DNA from: Bigelowiella natans CCMP2755
Lineage: Eukaryota; Protista; Cercozoa
Direction: 5' to 3'
Assembly (NCBI GenBank): GCA_000320545.1
Contig: ADNK01001009.1
Location: forward strand, 1 to 64,000
Length of the DNA stretch: 64,000 bases
Shown: positions 1 to 12,849 of the stretch, in pieces
Layout of the letters: the number at the start of each line of letters is the position of its first letter
Numbering within the stretch: position 1 is the first letter of the stretch
The notes under the pieces: generated by a model
Database searches by the model: none
Seen by the model: only the letters and a program-made list of their open reading frames with translations
What the model was told of the DNA's origin: nothing
Made by a program: the position numbers and the translations under genes

Positions 1-94
1 TATATGCGTGTGTTGTGACTGTAATAAAATTGTGCGCAGATTATGATAATGGTGACCGGAAAAGCTGAACATTAACCATCACGCACGCCGTACA

Positions 95-129
<35 letters not shown>

Positions 130-326
130 TATGTGCGTGTGTGTGTAAGATGCTGCCCAACTTGCTACTACTATTACTACTAGTAGTAGTAGTAGTACTG
201 GTAGTAGTAGTACTACCTGCCGATACGCAAGCAATGCTCTACCCTTCTTCGTTGCACACGGAGGTAAATCAGGGCCTTTTATAGTGATGACACAACACAT
301 GAACACGACTTTTTCATGCTCTCGAA

Positions 327-372
<46 letters not shown>

Positions 373-850
373 TAACATACCTGGTTGCTGGCTGGTGTTC
401 CTCCGGTTTGATTCGGTTAACGGTGAGATAAAGCTGATAGAGAAGGACGAATGAACGAACGAATGAACGAATGAATGAATGAACGAATGAATGATGATGG
501 TGTGATATGACGATGATAATAGCAGGAAAGAAAGGCGACACAATTTGGATGTATCTTAGCTCTAATATGTGCGTGCGTGATTGCGTGCAGGGTATAGTAC
601 TTGCATTCGTAGTGAATGTACTGCCTCCACTGCCGCACCTGTGAAAGTAGTAGAAGTGGTAGTTTAATGGTATTTTCCGAAGATAACGATAATAATAATG
701 ACGATGATGGCGACGATGTTGGCGGCAGCATCTAACAGTTACAGACAAACACGCACGCACACGTAATTATGACCCCCACCTGCTCCTCCTCTCCCGTTCG
801 AAACCCTGGATTTACTGGTACAGCAAGGAGATTCGTCTGGAGATTGCGCC

Positions 851-887
<37 letters not shown>

Positions 888-1003
888 GGAAGGAAGGAAG
901 GAAGGATGATGGGGGTGATTATGTGTGCGTGTTATAACAATCAACACCGTCATTGCGACTCCAATCATTGCATATGTGTTTGTGTCTGTGTACACACACA
1001 CAC

Positions 1004-1042
<39 letters not shown>

Positions 1043-1197
1043 TCACAAGGCAGGCATTTCCTCCCCCTTCTCCCCCCCCCCCTTTTTCCCATTTCTGTTC
1101 CTCTGCTCCATTTCCATTCGGTAAGATGATGTCCAGAACGGTGCGTGTGCGTGTGCGTGTGCGTGTGCATGTTGATAAGTGGATCTAAAGCACACTG

Positions 1198-1233
<36 letters not shown>

Positions 1234-1925
1234 AGTCTCGCTGCCCTTCTCTTCCTCGTCATAAGACCGACTCAAACTCCTCTCTCGTGTATGTATGTAT
1301 GTATGTATCCTCTCTCGTGTATGTGTGTATGTATGTGTGTATGTGTGTATGTGTGTACCTCCGACGCTGCCGTTCCTTGGAGTCCTACGGTGTTGTTGTT
1401 TTAAGTTGTGAAAGCATTGCATCGCTACGACGATTACAACGACAGCAAGCTGCTACTATGTTGAATACCAACAACAATTTGCTCTCACAGAGGGGGGGGG
1501 GGGGGGGGGGGGGAAAGGAGACCTGCTTCGCTGCGAGGTACCCCGGAAAAAAATGGCCCATTAACTCCGGGGCCAATGACTTATTCTCAAAGCTATATAT
1601 CGTTGATGTAAAGGGGGAGGGGTAAAGGAGAACGATGATGACAAACACTGCCAGTGCTGATAAAGACAATCATAATATGATGATCATATGATCCTATCAT
1701 CTGGCTTCTACTCCTACGCTCACACCCAACGACTCTCCCCCTCCCCTAGATAACTCTCCCAATCGTCCAAAACAACGCAACCTATGCTCGAAGAGATCGT
1801 AGTCCTGCCAGAGACGCTCGATGTGTGATGTGGGCAAACAGACTGCCCTGATCACGAGGACGGTTTCATCAGGGTAGTCCAAACACACACACGCGCGCGC
1901 ACCACGCACAACAAGAATCGCTTTC

Positions 1926-1962
<37 letters not shown>

Positions 1963-2195
1963 TCCCGACTGTGCTGAGCCTCGTTATTTTGCGTGTCTTG
2001 TTCTTCTTCTTCATTGCTACCGTTGGTAGATGTTCCTCAGGTCACGCTTCTTCTCCTGCTCGTGAAATCTATTGTGCATAGAAGAAGAAGAAGGGGTGAT
2101 GGGGTGAGAGAGGGGGAGAGAGAGAGAGAGGGGGGGGGGGGGCTCTTATGTATGCAAGGGAGATTATTTGGGATGACACACATGCACACACAGAT

Positions 2196-2229
<34 letters not shown>

Positions 2230-2414
2230 TGTACGTACTCGTTCTCTGTGACAATCGCTTTAATCATATCGGCGTATTCGATCCATACAGGCCCCGCACT
2301 GATGAGGTGATGTTGATGGTGATGAGTAATGATGATGACGATGATCATCATCATCACGACGACGAAGGTGCTACCACGGTGCAATGAGTGTACTAAAACA
2401 CATATATACTAACT

Positions 2415-2454
<40 letters not shown>

Positions 2455-2456
2455 GA

Positions 2457-2506
<50 letters not shown>

Positions 2507-2574
2507 TCTGTTTATCTTCCTCCTCTTGTTTTGCATTACCAATGATATTTAAGAGCGTCGTGTTACACATGTAC

Positions 2575-2616
<42 letters not shown>

Positions 2617-2718
2617 CACTGTACTACTACCTGAAATCCGACCCCAGGTGCTTCAACGTGAATTCGAACGCCTCTTTAACAGCTTGGGCCTGCTCAGAGG
2701 GAGACGATAGTATGTGTG

Positions 2719-2763
<45 letters not shown>

Positions 2764-2791
2764 GGAGGGGGAGGAGGAGGAGGCGGAGAAG

Positions 2792-2829
<38 letters not shown>

Positions 2830-2972
2830 GTAATGTCATATTCCATGAAGAAGTGTGTATAAACGTGTGCTGCTTTCTTTCACCTCTTCATCCTTGCCTT
2901 TATTCGTTGCTCTCACGTACTGATGACACCACACAATTTCGCAAAATTGAGCGCTTGTCATCACCATCGTAC

Positions 2973-3003
<31 letters not shown>

Positions 3004-3437
3004 CATCATCATTACGGCAGCGCCGCGCACACACTTAATAGCACCTTAAGATAGGTCCGCCATAGCTCAACGTCGGGATTATGCTCCAAACAGCTTGAAG
3101 ATGATGATGATGATGATGAAGAAGAAGAAGAAGAAGAAGAAGAATACAAAGCCGCAGCAGGCACTCAGTGGTGCTATAACGATGATGATGATGATGATGA
3201 TGAACGACAAGAAGGTATTATGTGTACCGCTTAAAAATATCGTCCACTTCCTTGAAGTTCTGCTCAAGGAGCTCTCGCTCTGCATAAATCTTCCATTGGG
3301 CCGATGCTGTTGGAAACACCTATTATTGGGGGGAGGGAATGGGTTTGCATCAGAGAATGTATTATTATTATTATTATTATTATTATTAGAAGAAGAAGAA
3401 GAAGAAGAAGATGATGAAGAAGAAGCACACACACACA

Positions 3438-3475
<38 letters not shown>

Positions 3476-3706
3476 ACAGAGGGAGTAATCGTCCCCATTC
3501 TCTATCCTTCGTAATGATTGATCGTCACTGCCGCCATCATCATGATTAGCTACAAACTTGAGAATCATATGCATCTCATCATCCCAATCGGCCCCCCACC
3601 GACCTTGAAGAACTGCTCATATATTTCCCTGGCCTTTTTGATTTCTGTCGATTGCGCGTGCAAAAGGAGAATCTGCGGTGCCACACAGAGAGGGACACAC
3701 TTAAAA

Positions 3707-3743
<37 letters not shown>

Positions 3744-4766
3744 GATTGTACCTGCCAACACGTCGTGTCCCACATGTTGTGTTTCTTGATCTGCTCTAAT
3801 GCCTGAATCACCTGCTCCGGAACATGGGGGAGGGGGGTGGCCGCCACCCCTGATTTGTTTTTGGATGATGGTGCTGTACCATCCTCCTTGGTCTTCTCTT
3901 CCTGCTGTCCTGCCTCTTCTCCTTCCGACCCCTTCTTTGCCAGGCCTTTTGGCTCGCCATCTCCTTTTTGTGGTGGTGGTTGTGGGGGTGCTGTTGCTAC
4001 TCCTTCTGCCTGATGTTCGGCGGATATTGCGTCAACCTTCGTCTCAGGATTACCCTCCTCCTCCTCCTCCTCCTCCTCCTTCTCCTTCTCCGCAAAGTCG
4101 TTGCCCTTTTCATCTGCAGGTAGCTGTTTCTGCAGCTGTTGTGCGTTCGAAGCCACTTCGCTATTTTCTTTAGTGTCCTCCTGTCAATTCAAGCACTCGT
4201 TAGACGAGTCACACCAGTGATGCCGAAAAATTTTTGGTCTCAGCACTCATTCTCTTCAATTTTCTTCCTCTCTTTGTCTCCCCCTCTCTGCGCTGATCCT
4301 CTTCTCTCAATCTTTTAAAACGGAAAAAAAAGGGGGGGGGGGGTTACCTCCTTATTCACTTCCTCTGTCTCCATATCAGCCACTGCTGTGTCGTCTTCTA
4401 GAAGAGGATGGGTAAAGATGGATATAATGATAAAAAAATATTACTGGCTCGTGTACAGGAAAACATCAGTCTCAAACTCTCATACAAAAAAGAGAAGAGA
4501 GGAGACGGCCCTGCTCTCGAGGGCATGCAGCATCGACATGTAGTTCTTTGCCGTCGGCCGTCGGTGCACAGCTCAAATTGCGATTTATCACCTTCAGGAG
4601 CATCAGTTGCTGGAGCATCAACAGTCAAGCCGGTGGCTTCCCCCTCCACAGTTATTGCATTTTCCCCTTCACCAGCGCCCTCGGCATGATCTAGTTCCTC
4701 TCCACTGGATTGAGCTGTGGTGGCTGCAGCACTTGATTCATCGATGGGCCCGTCAACGCTCTCCAT
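1..4766 (-). CDS. CSTF3: Cleavage stimulation factor 77 kDa subunit (HAT-repeat protein, Rna14/Su(f) family); multi-exon, 3' end runs off the left edge
   Basis: ATG at 4766. Spliced GT-AG exons read ...NMWDTTCWQ|ILLLHAQSTEIKKAREIYEQFFK|VFPTASAQWKIYAERELLEQNFKEVDDIFKR|CLEHNPDVELWRTYLK|YVRATNK..|AQAVKEAFEFTLKHLGSDF..SAGPVWIEYADMIK..HIERLWQDYDLFE..VRQWRQYIHYE. These are collinear with the CstF-77 HAT repeats. A long acidic N-terminal extension precedes them. Confidence 0.9.
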
Positions 4767-5648
4767 CCTGCATTTTTACACAGAAATAAATTCGAACCTC
4801 ATCATAGATGGCAGGGGCAAGTGAGGGGCAAGTGAAGGCCAAGATTTTTTTCATGGGAGCTTTACCTATCCTAGCCCTGTTGCAATTCCTGCTGGTGGTG
4901 TGGTTGTTAGCACACAGGAGCAAACGGGGGGCAATGAAGAAATGCGCGGAAGACGCTGTGGTCGGCCTGACCTACGTGGAGCACGGGATGGTGCTTTTTA
5001 AGTATTTTGTTTTAGCTCATTTAGATAATTTTTAATAAATAATTTCACCATTAAATAGATGCATTCCACACACGAGCCTTTTTGTGCAGGAATCCGGAAA
5101 CAACGTCGCAAGCTGCATCGACAAACCAGACTGAATAATGACCGGGGAACTACTATAGATGGCGAATCCCGCACATTTGCAATGATCACCTCGATAAGCC
5201 GCGTTCCCAGGTGTTGTCGCGTAATGGCAAACACAGGCCGAATGCTGATGGCGGCCCCCAGGGCCGTTTTATTAATTTCTAAAACAGATCCCAATCCGAA
5301 ATATACTACGACTTGGAAATTCGTTGTCGCTCTTGCTAATTGCTATCTATTTCCTTCTGTCCGATGGTCTGCGGTATATTTCGGCCGCAAAAGGTGACGT
5401 GCACCCCCCCCCTTTCGCACCCTTCCTGTCTCTGAAGTCCTTTCTTTGTTGCACCTGTCGAAAAATACCTCACATGAGCACTGACTAGTGGGGAAGCGAT
5501 GACGTATTAGTGTTGAGCTGGAGAGTCACGACATAGTCGGGGTGGTGCACAATAAGCCGGGGTGTTGAATGAGCTCTTTCTTCTCTTTTACCATGATGTA
5601 AATCCCAAACCACAAACATGACACGGTTCCCCGTTTTGCATTTTAGAA

Positions 5649-6331
5649 ATGAGCTATTCGGGATTCGAAGTGTCCTCCACCGTTGGCTCCACGAGCCGCA
5701 GGATCTTCTCCAAGAAATCTAACCTTCCCGTCATTGTCCTCTCCGCCTGCGCTGTTATGGCCGCTTGCTGCTTCTTCTCCCAGGGTCGACTCCTCTCCAC
5801 GATGGCGTCCGTTCGTCGTGGGGCTACTGGTATCAGTGGAATGCGAGCACCCAGCTTCCGCAACCACCATCCAAATCCTGTTCGAGGGCTGACGTCGTGC
5901 CAGGCCAACGGCCTCCCAATTGACTTGAAGGGCAAGAAGGCCTTCGTTGCTGGTGTGGCGGATGATCAAGGTTTCGCTTGGGCGATTTCCAAGTGCCTTG
6001 TTGAGGCTGGTGCTGATGTCTCGCTCGGAATCTGGGTGCCTGCCCTTGGAATCTTCAAGAAGAGCATGCAGATGGGCAAGTTCGATGAGTCTCGCAAGCT
6101 TAGCGACGGGTATCTTCTATAAACGATTGAATGAATCAGTAGTGGACAGAATGAAATTGGTAGAAGAAAATAGATGCAAGTTGTTAGTTGATGAGAAGTC
6201 GTTGATCCCCCCCTTCTTACTCCTGAGTTGCCAACAACTCATTGTTAATAATCGCCATACGCACACAGTTCCTTGATGGATTTCGAGAAGCTCTACCCTC
6301 TTGACGCCGTCTTTGATACTCCTGAGGTAGC

Positions 6332-6380
<49 letters not shown>

Positions 6381-6624
6381 GAGAAGGAGAGAGATTGCAC
6401 AAACCAACAAAAAAAACAAGAAGGTCCAGGCCAATCCTCGTTGTGCTGATATCTTCTTCTTCTTCTATTTCTTCTTCTCCTCCTCCTTCTCCTCCTTGAT
6501 TTTGCTTTCCATCGTTGACAAGGACGTTCCTGAGGAAATCGCAACCAACAAGCGCTACGCAGGAGGTGAATCGCATTCATAGAGAGAAGGGAGTAGAGGG
6601 GGAGAGACAGACAGAGAGACAGAC

Positions 6625-6670
<46 letters not shown>

Positions 6671-7797
6671 CGCGTGCCAACAACTGGCACTGATTACTTC
6701 ATCGTCCAATCCGATCCACCAAAGCATCAATTCTTCTCATTTTTTACCATGATCTCCTTTGATTGAGCGGCCTCCTACAGTTCTAACGACTACATACTAC
6801 TACACTAAATCAGAATCTGACTGGACTATATCGGAAGTGGCCAACCTCGTAGAGAAGGACATTGGAAAGATCGACATTCTGGTTCACTCTCTTGCTAATG
6901 GGCCGGAAGTTAGGAATCCCTTGCTCGAAACCTCACGAAAGGTGTGTTTTTGAGCTGTGGGCTGCTGCTCTGCAGAAACGATGACGATGTTGACTGACAG
7001 CATGTACTTCCTTATCGAAGACGGAGAATGTGCATTATTTTTGGGCGACTATATCGGGGGAAAACCATCATTATCATTTTCCCACCGTGAATCCATCCAT
7101 TATCATAGGACAGAAATTCTTGTGCAGTATGTTATCTACAGAAAGGGGTTGGGGTCGAGGGAGGTCGGGGCAAAATATGCACTAGCTCAAATTTCGCTGA
7201 AATACTACACGAAGTCGCCGTTTGATGTTGCCAAATCGTCTATCTCATTGGCGATGCTCTGTCAATATGTGATCTTCTCCTTCCTCCTCCTCCTCCTCCT
7301 CTCCACAAAATGTATGTATGTATGCACGTGTACAGGGCTACCTCGCTGCTCAGTCGGCGTCTGCGTACTCGCTGGTCTCGATGGTGCAAAAGTTCGGCCC
7401 TATCATGAACGAAGGCGGCTCTGTCCTATCGCTCACTTACGATGCTTCAAATAAGGCAATATTGTACTTTGTGTATGTGTGGGTGGGTGTATGAGTGCAG
7501 GAGAGACAGAGAGAGGGGGGGGAGGGGGGAGGGGGAGGAGGAGAATGCTTCAAATGGGTAGAACTACCGTTTGCATCTAAAAGCTGCACAAACTAATCAG
7601 GTTGTACCCGGGTACGGCGGTGGAATGAGCAGTGCAAAGGCTTCTTTGGAGTCGGACACACGCACCCTCGCCTATGAGGCCGGCCGCAAGCATAAAATTC
7701 GAGTCAACACAGTCTCTGCAGGACCTCTTGGGTGAGTCTTCGTTCCCATCTGATCACTGGCTCTTTTTCGTGCCTTTCCATCTCCTTTCCATCTTTT

Positions 7798-7852
<55 letters not shown>

Positions 7853-8430
7853 GCATGTATGAGAGATACGCATGCATGCCTTGAGTGCCTCGCGACGGTT
7901 ACACAAAGCATCGTCGTACTCATCAGCGACTCATTTGTTCCCCAGATCCCGCGCAGCTAGGGCCATTGGATTCATCGAGAGAGTCATCAACTACTCCTAC
8001 AAGAACGCTCCGATTGAGAAGGAACTTAGCGCTATGGGTCATAAATAGCTCATCACGAAAAACGGAATAAATATGGCTTTTCTCAGTTTTTATCATCGCA
8101 CGGTTCCACGAACGGCACGTGTGTGCTGCTGTACTCCGTAGTAGTCTTCTCTGACGTTCACAAATCTGCCCCTCCCTCCCTTTTTTGGGTCGGTTGGTTC
8201 TCGCAGATTTTCCCCGATTCTTTATTTCAGAAGTAACGATTATTATTGACATTGACGTGCTGGATGTGTTTATAAACACTTTAGAGGTTGGCCAGACTGC
8301 GGCGTTCCTGCTCTCGCCCTTGGCATCTGCTATCACAGGACAAGTCGTGTACGTCGATAATGGCCTCAGCACCATGGGCCTTAGTCTCGATAGCCCGACC
8401 CTCAAGGCCGAGGAGGAGCAGACTGCGTAG
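5649..8430 (+). CDS. fabI: Enoyl-ACP reductase, plant/plastid type, with bipartite (signal + transit) presequence; 8 exons
   Basis: Exons give [123 protein letters not shown]. Stop TAG at 8428-8430. N-terminus has a hydrophobic stretch ([16 protein letters not shown]) then an R/S-rich segment. Confidence 0.97.
7456..7600 (+). other. GC-AG intron in fabI
   Basis: AATAAG|gcaata...ctaatcag|GTTGTACCC joins ASNK to VVPGYGGG, matching the plant ENR motif. The nearby GT donor would frameshift. Confidence 0.8.
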
Positions 8431-9045
8431 TTGCAGTAGCGATTATACAACACTGCCATTAACGCTCACTAGCTGTCAAAGGAAATTGGGAAGCAAATTG
8501 CAGTGATGAGTAGTGTGGTCATCACGGTGATGCAACGTGGTCATGTGTTTTAAAAAAAAACAAGTGTGCTGTGATCATTGCTGTGGTTAGTTACAATGGC
8601 TAACAAATATATATCTTCGCGCATGCTTGCTTTCTATATAGCTTGTTGGACACATATACTTTACCTCGCGTACTCTGTACCTTTCGATCAAAGTATCACG
8701 CGAGCTGTATGTTTCTGTGTGTGTACAACGCTGTGCGCGTCCTTCGATGCTGTTACTTGTGCATGCTGCACACAATTTTATATCGCTATCATGCATTGTG
8801 CTAATTTTGATGCGGATGTACTTTTCGCGCGCAAGCTAGCATTATATAGCATAGTACATAATAGGACAATTTTTGTTTTCTGTTCAATGTCACGAACGCA
8901 GAACGTACAATGTATGTACTACGTACACATCAACTCTAATCTAATAACACAATGCATGTAGCCGTTGCTTTCTTATCACGCAGCTACATCAGGCTAGCAG
9001 AGCAGGGTGACAAGCAGTGAGCATATTTAATTTATTCATTACATT

Positions 9046-9135
9046 AGCGCTGTAGCCGCTGCATTGCACAGCTACATAAGGATGACTATTGAACAAATTC
9101 AATTCATTAATCACGTCCGTCTTACATTCGTCTCA
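9046..9135 (+). repeat. Dispersed intergenic repeat, copy A
   Basis: 9046-9099 agcgctgtagccgctgcattgcacagctacataaggatgactattgaacaaatt matches 32084-32137 at 50/54 nt. A degenerate second copy lies at about 9241-9310. Confidence 0.9.
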
Positions 9136-9357
9136 TAATAGACAGCAAGCTATCAAGGTGTATATTGTGTCGGTCGGTATTATTGTAGCTACTTTCTTGC
9201 TATGAATCACATGTACACATTGCATTACATCTTTGCATAGCTAGCTACGTTATTAGGATGACATATAGACATTGAAATTTTTAAAATTTATTCATTACAT
9301 CCGTCTCGCATAATGTTGCATCATGTGTGCGTGTATGTGTGCACCGTCTAGACTGCG

Positions 9358-11131
9358 TCAATGCATCCCGGGTTGAAACAGCTGATTTGAGCCAATTTTT
9401 CGGTTGCCAGTCGTCGACAGCATCGCATCTAGCTTCCGCTCTAACACATTGAGCCTCCTTCCGAGTCCATCCTTTCGATCTCGAATGCGGGGGCGAAGAT
9501 CGGAGACTATTCGCTCTGTCAATTCTTTGGGGGTGAGCTTCCCAGAGCCCTTCAGTGTTGTGCCGCTCACGAAGACGGGCCTAGAGCCTGTCAGCGGCGT
9601 CACAGCAAAGCCATGTTTCTCACACAAACAGCCGCAGCAAGCATATTCTTTGATTTCCTGGACAGGACTCATCTCATCGTAACGCACTACTCGCTTCTGC
9701 ACTCCAAAGCCTCTGCCTTCAACATACCCAGTCAGGATAGCCGCGTCCGTCTCGAGAGTTAGCTCCATCATTGGGGGGCAACAGCAACTGCTAGCTTTCC
9801 CTAGCTGATACGTTTTAGTCTCAAATCCTCTCATCTCTGAGAGAAGGTGCTCTCCAATGTCGCTCTCGTCCAACCCCGCTACCATGCAGCGCGTGCTGTT
9901 GACGCTGTGATTGATGGGGTCTAAATTGGGTGGAAGCAGGGACGACTGCTTACACTCAAATCCGCCCTGAGGTTTCTTCTCATGTATATCCGAAATATAG
10001 CCTAAAAGATGCAGCAATACGCTCAACTATACCGTCGCTTTGGAGTGGAAAGAAGCAGCAAACGCTAGTTACAGATGATAACACTATTCACTTCCACCAC
10101 AACCACTACTACTTGGGAACGAAAGATCTTCGATTCTGGAATCCATGCTCTTCAGCGAAGTCAGCACCTTATGCATTCCGTCCTAAGGGAAAAAGGGCGG
10201 GAGGGAAAGGGGGGGGGGGGGTTCATGACTGGTTGATGGCATTAGTCCATCCGCGGCTCTATTGTATCATCCTATGTACTTACCTTCAAAGCAATTAATT
10301 GTGAGCTGACAGCTTCCGTGCTGAGGTTGCGTTCTTCCAGCACTTTCTCGAGATGCCTGTTTTGCCTTTTATGCCCCGTTTCGAAAACAGCAAATGGTGA
10401 TGAGTTCGCTCGGCGAATGAAACCTGAATAAACGGCAAATGAATGTCAGCACGTGGTTCTTTTTCCCTATTGGCTCCCATCTTTCAAGAGAATAGAGCTT
10501 ACTGGAGTTGGACGCAGAGCTGTCGTTGCGGTTCCGAGTATTGCTGAGAATATCATATTCTAATCAGTAAACGACGCATGTATGGCCACCCGTTACGCTT
10601 TTGGCATGAAAATGGTCCTCACCTTTCACCATTATCTTCCGCCTCGTCGAGCTGTTTGTCAGGTAAAAATAGTTCCAAAGCGTGGGTGTGAACTCACAAA
10701 ATACAACTCACTGCCGACACTGCGCAGTCATGAATTATAATCACATCATCTTAATCTTCACAACACTACCGGTCAGATTTCTAAAGTATTCGTGTTTCAT
10801 GACATATATCTCCAAATATGGGAGGGACCCACCTTTTTTTGAAAATCCTTTATTTTCAACTCCATGTCAAAGCGGTCCTCAGCGAAGTCTCTCTCCATCT
10901 GTCAGGTGTCGAAGACAATGACAATACCCAAAATTTAGCATGTGCTCTCCTTCACAAATATGAATTAACAGAAGTGCCTTCATGTACACGTTACGTATGC
11001 ATCACACACACCCACAGATCATGTACCCTCATCACTCGTTCGGTCCTCTCTTTATCTTTTCTCAAGAGAGACCTAGGGACCGAAGCAATTACACAGTCAT
11101 TCTTTACGTTTGGCCTTTGTAAATCAGTGCT

Positions 11132-11184
<53 letters not shown>

Positions 11185-12330
11185 GGCAAGACTTGTTTTC
11201 TTGCTGCAGCAGCTCAATCTGGTCCCTTAGGTGCTGCATCACAACCTGCATATATGGCAACATCTAATTTGAGCATGTACGTATTTCATCCCCATCCCAC
11301 GCACGCGAGCACAAGTACACAGACAAATAAATATGTGAAGTGCATGTGCCATGCGGCTACTTCTCCTGATTCTTCGTTGATCCGCTTGATGTCGCCCGGA
11401 CCCTTCATGAAACACAAGGTTAGGCTGAGGCGTGGGCGACGACGTACAGAGCAAGAATCGATTTGCTTACATTTTTAGAATGGTGGCCTTGTGATACCAG
11501 GGCTTTGTCGAACGAAAAAGAGGAATTTCTTGTCAAGCCTAAAAGCGTCTGATAGTTAACTCGGAATTCTCTCTTCCTCGCATTAGCAATGCTCAACGAA
11601 CGATTTTTTTTGCTGTGTAGTTAGTACCAGGGGATTCTGCTTCCATTTTGTACTCTTCTGTAAGCGTCTCAAGGTGGCTGTCTGTATGAAACACATGAAA
11701 GTGCAGGAACACGTGAGGTGAGATTATCGACTTGGATGCATCAGCAAATCTTACGAATTGCAGGAGACGATTGGGCACTCAGGGCGACTTGCAGCCTAGT
11801 TCAAAGTGCTGTCAGAAAAGGGGAGACATAACGACTCAACAAATACGAAATTTGTTCCACCTATCTGGCTTTCGGACATCGAGAGTACCCCCAGAGACAT
11901 GGTATATTTCATGTTCACCATCCGAGCTAACCGTGTCTATTGAGTTGCGCCGATATTGGGCCTCTCGAGGTGGAATGAGCATCCCAAACTTCTTTGCAAT
12001 GTTTACAAATTCGGCGAAGTTTATCCTGAGAGAAGCAGGTAGTGAATACTGGGTGGTGGAGGTTGGTGGTGGTAGTGGGCAGTATGATTGATTACCTCAA
12101 GTCCTTTCTTGACCGTATTTCAGCCTGAGGAAAAGATATAAAACGATTCCAATTCACACCGATGTTACACGCAGATCACTCAACAATGGCTAACCAGGAA
12201 CTGAGGAGGGGCCCCCTCAAAGCTCTCAAGGTCTTTGATGCTGATATGCTGCAAAAAGATTTGACATCGAATTATCAGCTACCCGAAAGACGGAAATCAC
12301 AGCTAGATCGATATTTCACCGACCCCATTG
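9358..12330 (-). CDS. Hypothetical multi-exon protein with coiled-coil segments and a Cys-cluster C-terminal domain; 5' end approximate
   Basis: The terminal exon lies within ORF 9358..10026 (KASSCCCPPMMELTLETD..EYACCGCLCEKHG). Upstream open exons with GT-AG borders include DGMHKVLTSLKSMDSRIEDLSF, GFIRRANSSPF..QLIALK, VVMQHLRDQIELLQQENK and INFAEFVNIAKKFG. No family recognised. Confidence 0.5.
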
Positions 12331-12849
12331 CTCTGCGAATCTAAACTCCGGAACACATTCCGAAGCTGCTCTAAGGTGAGGAGGCGGCTAGTCGAGCGAC
12401 TGCGCGACATCTGCCGATCTAGTCCCTGGGGGGGGACGTTGTAGCAGTAACTTCCTCCCGCGTTCTACCCGAGGGTCTCTAAAAAAATCAAGACATGACT
12501 TCCTGACTTCCGTTTTTTTACCGCGACATCACTGATATATTGTCTCCGATTGCTATACATGGCGTAATTTTATGCGCGACAATCCCACCGTCACGATATG
12601 GGGATATCATTATTGGGTGTCGTTGGTAGAAAATGGCACGTATTTTTCACTTTCTAACTATCCGTAACATTTTCCATCGATCTGACACGTCGAACTCCAG
12701 GTCAGGGGGGGAGGGGGGGGAGGGGGGGATAAAGCTTTGGATGATGAATCTGCGGAGCTTCTTTCAAAATCGAATTGTAGCTGTCTCACTGATGCATCGG
12801 TTTGATGATACTTCGCGCTCTACCTCCTAGGCTAAGGACTCCCCTCGCA

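Noticed and set aside
79-3574. Many ORFs rich in YIYI, CVCV, HTHT, RERE, MMMM
   Set aside because: These are translations of intronic microsatellites; the same applies throughout the window.
4808-5035. 75-aa ORF with a hydrophobic stretch
   Set aside because: It starts 42 bp from the CSTF3 ATG, inside its likely promoter/5' UTR, and has no recognisable motif. Treated as spurious, though it cannot be excluded.
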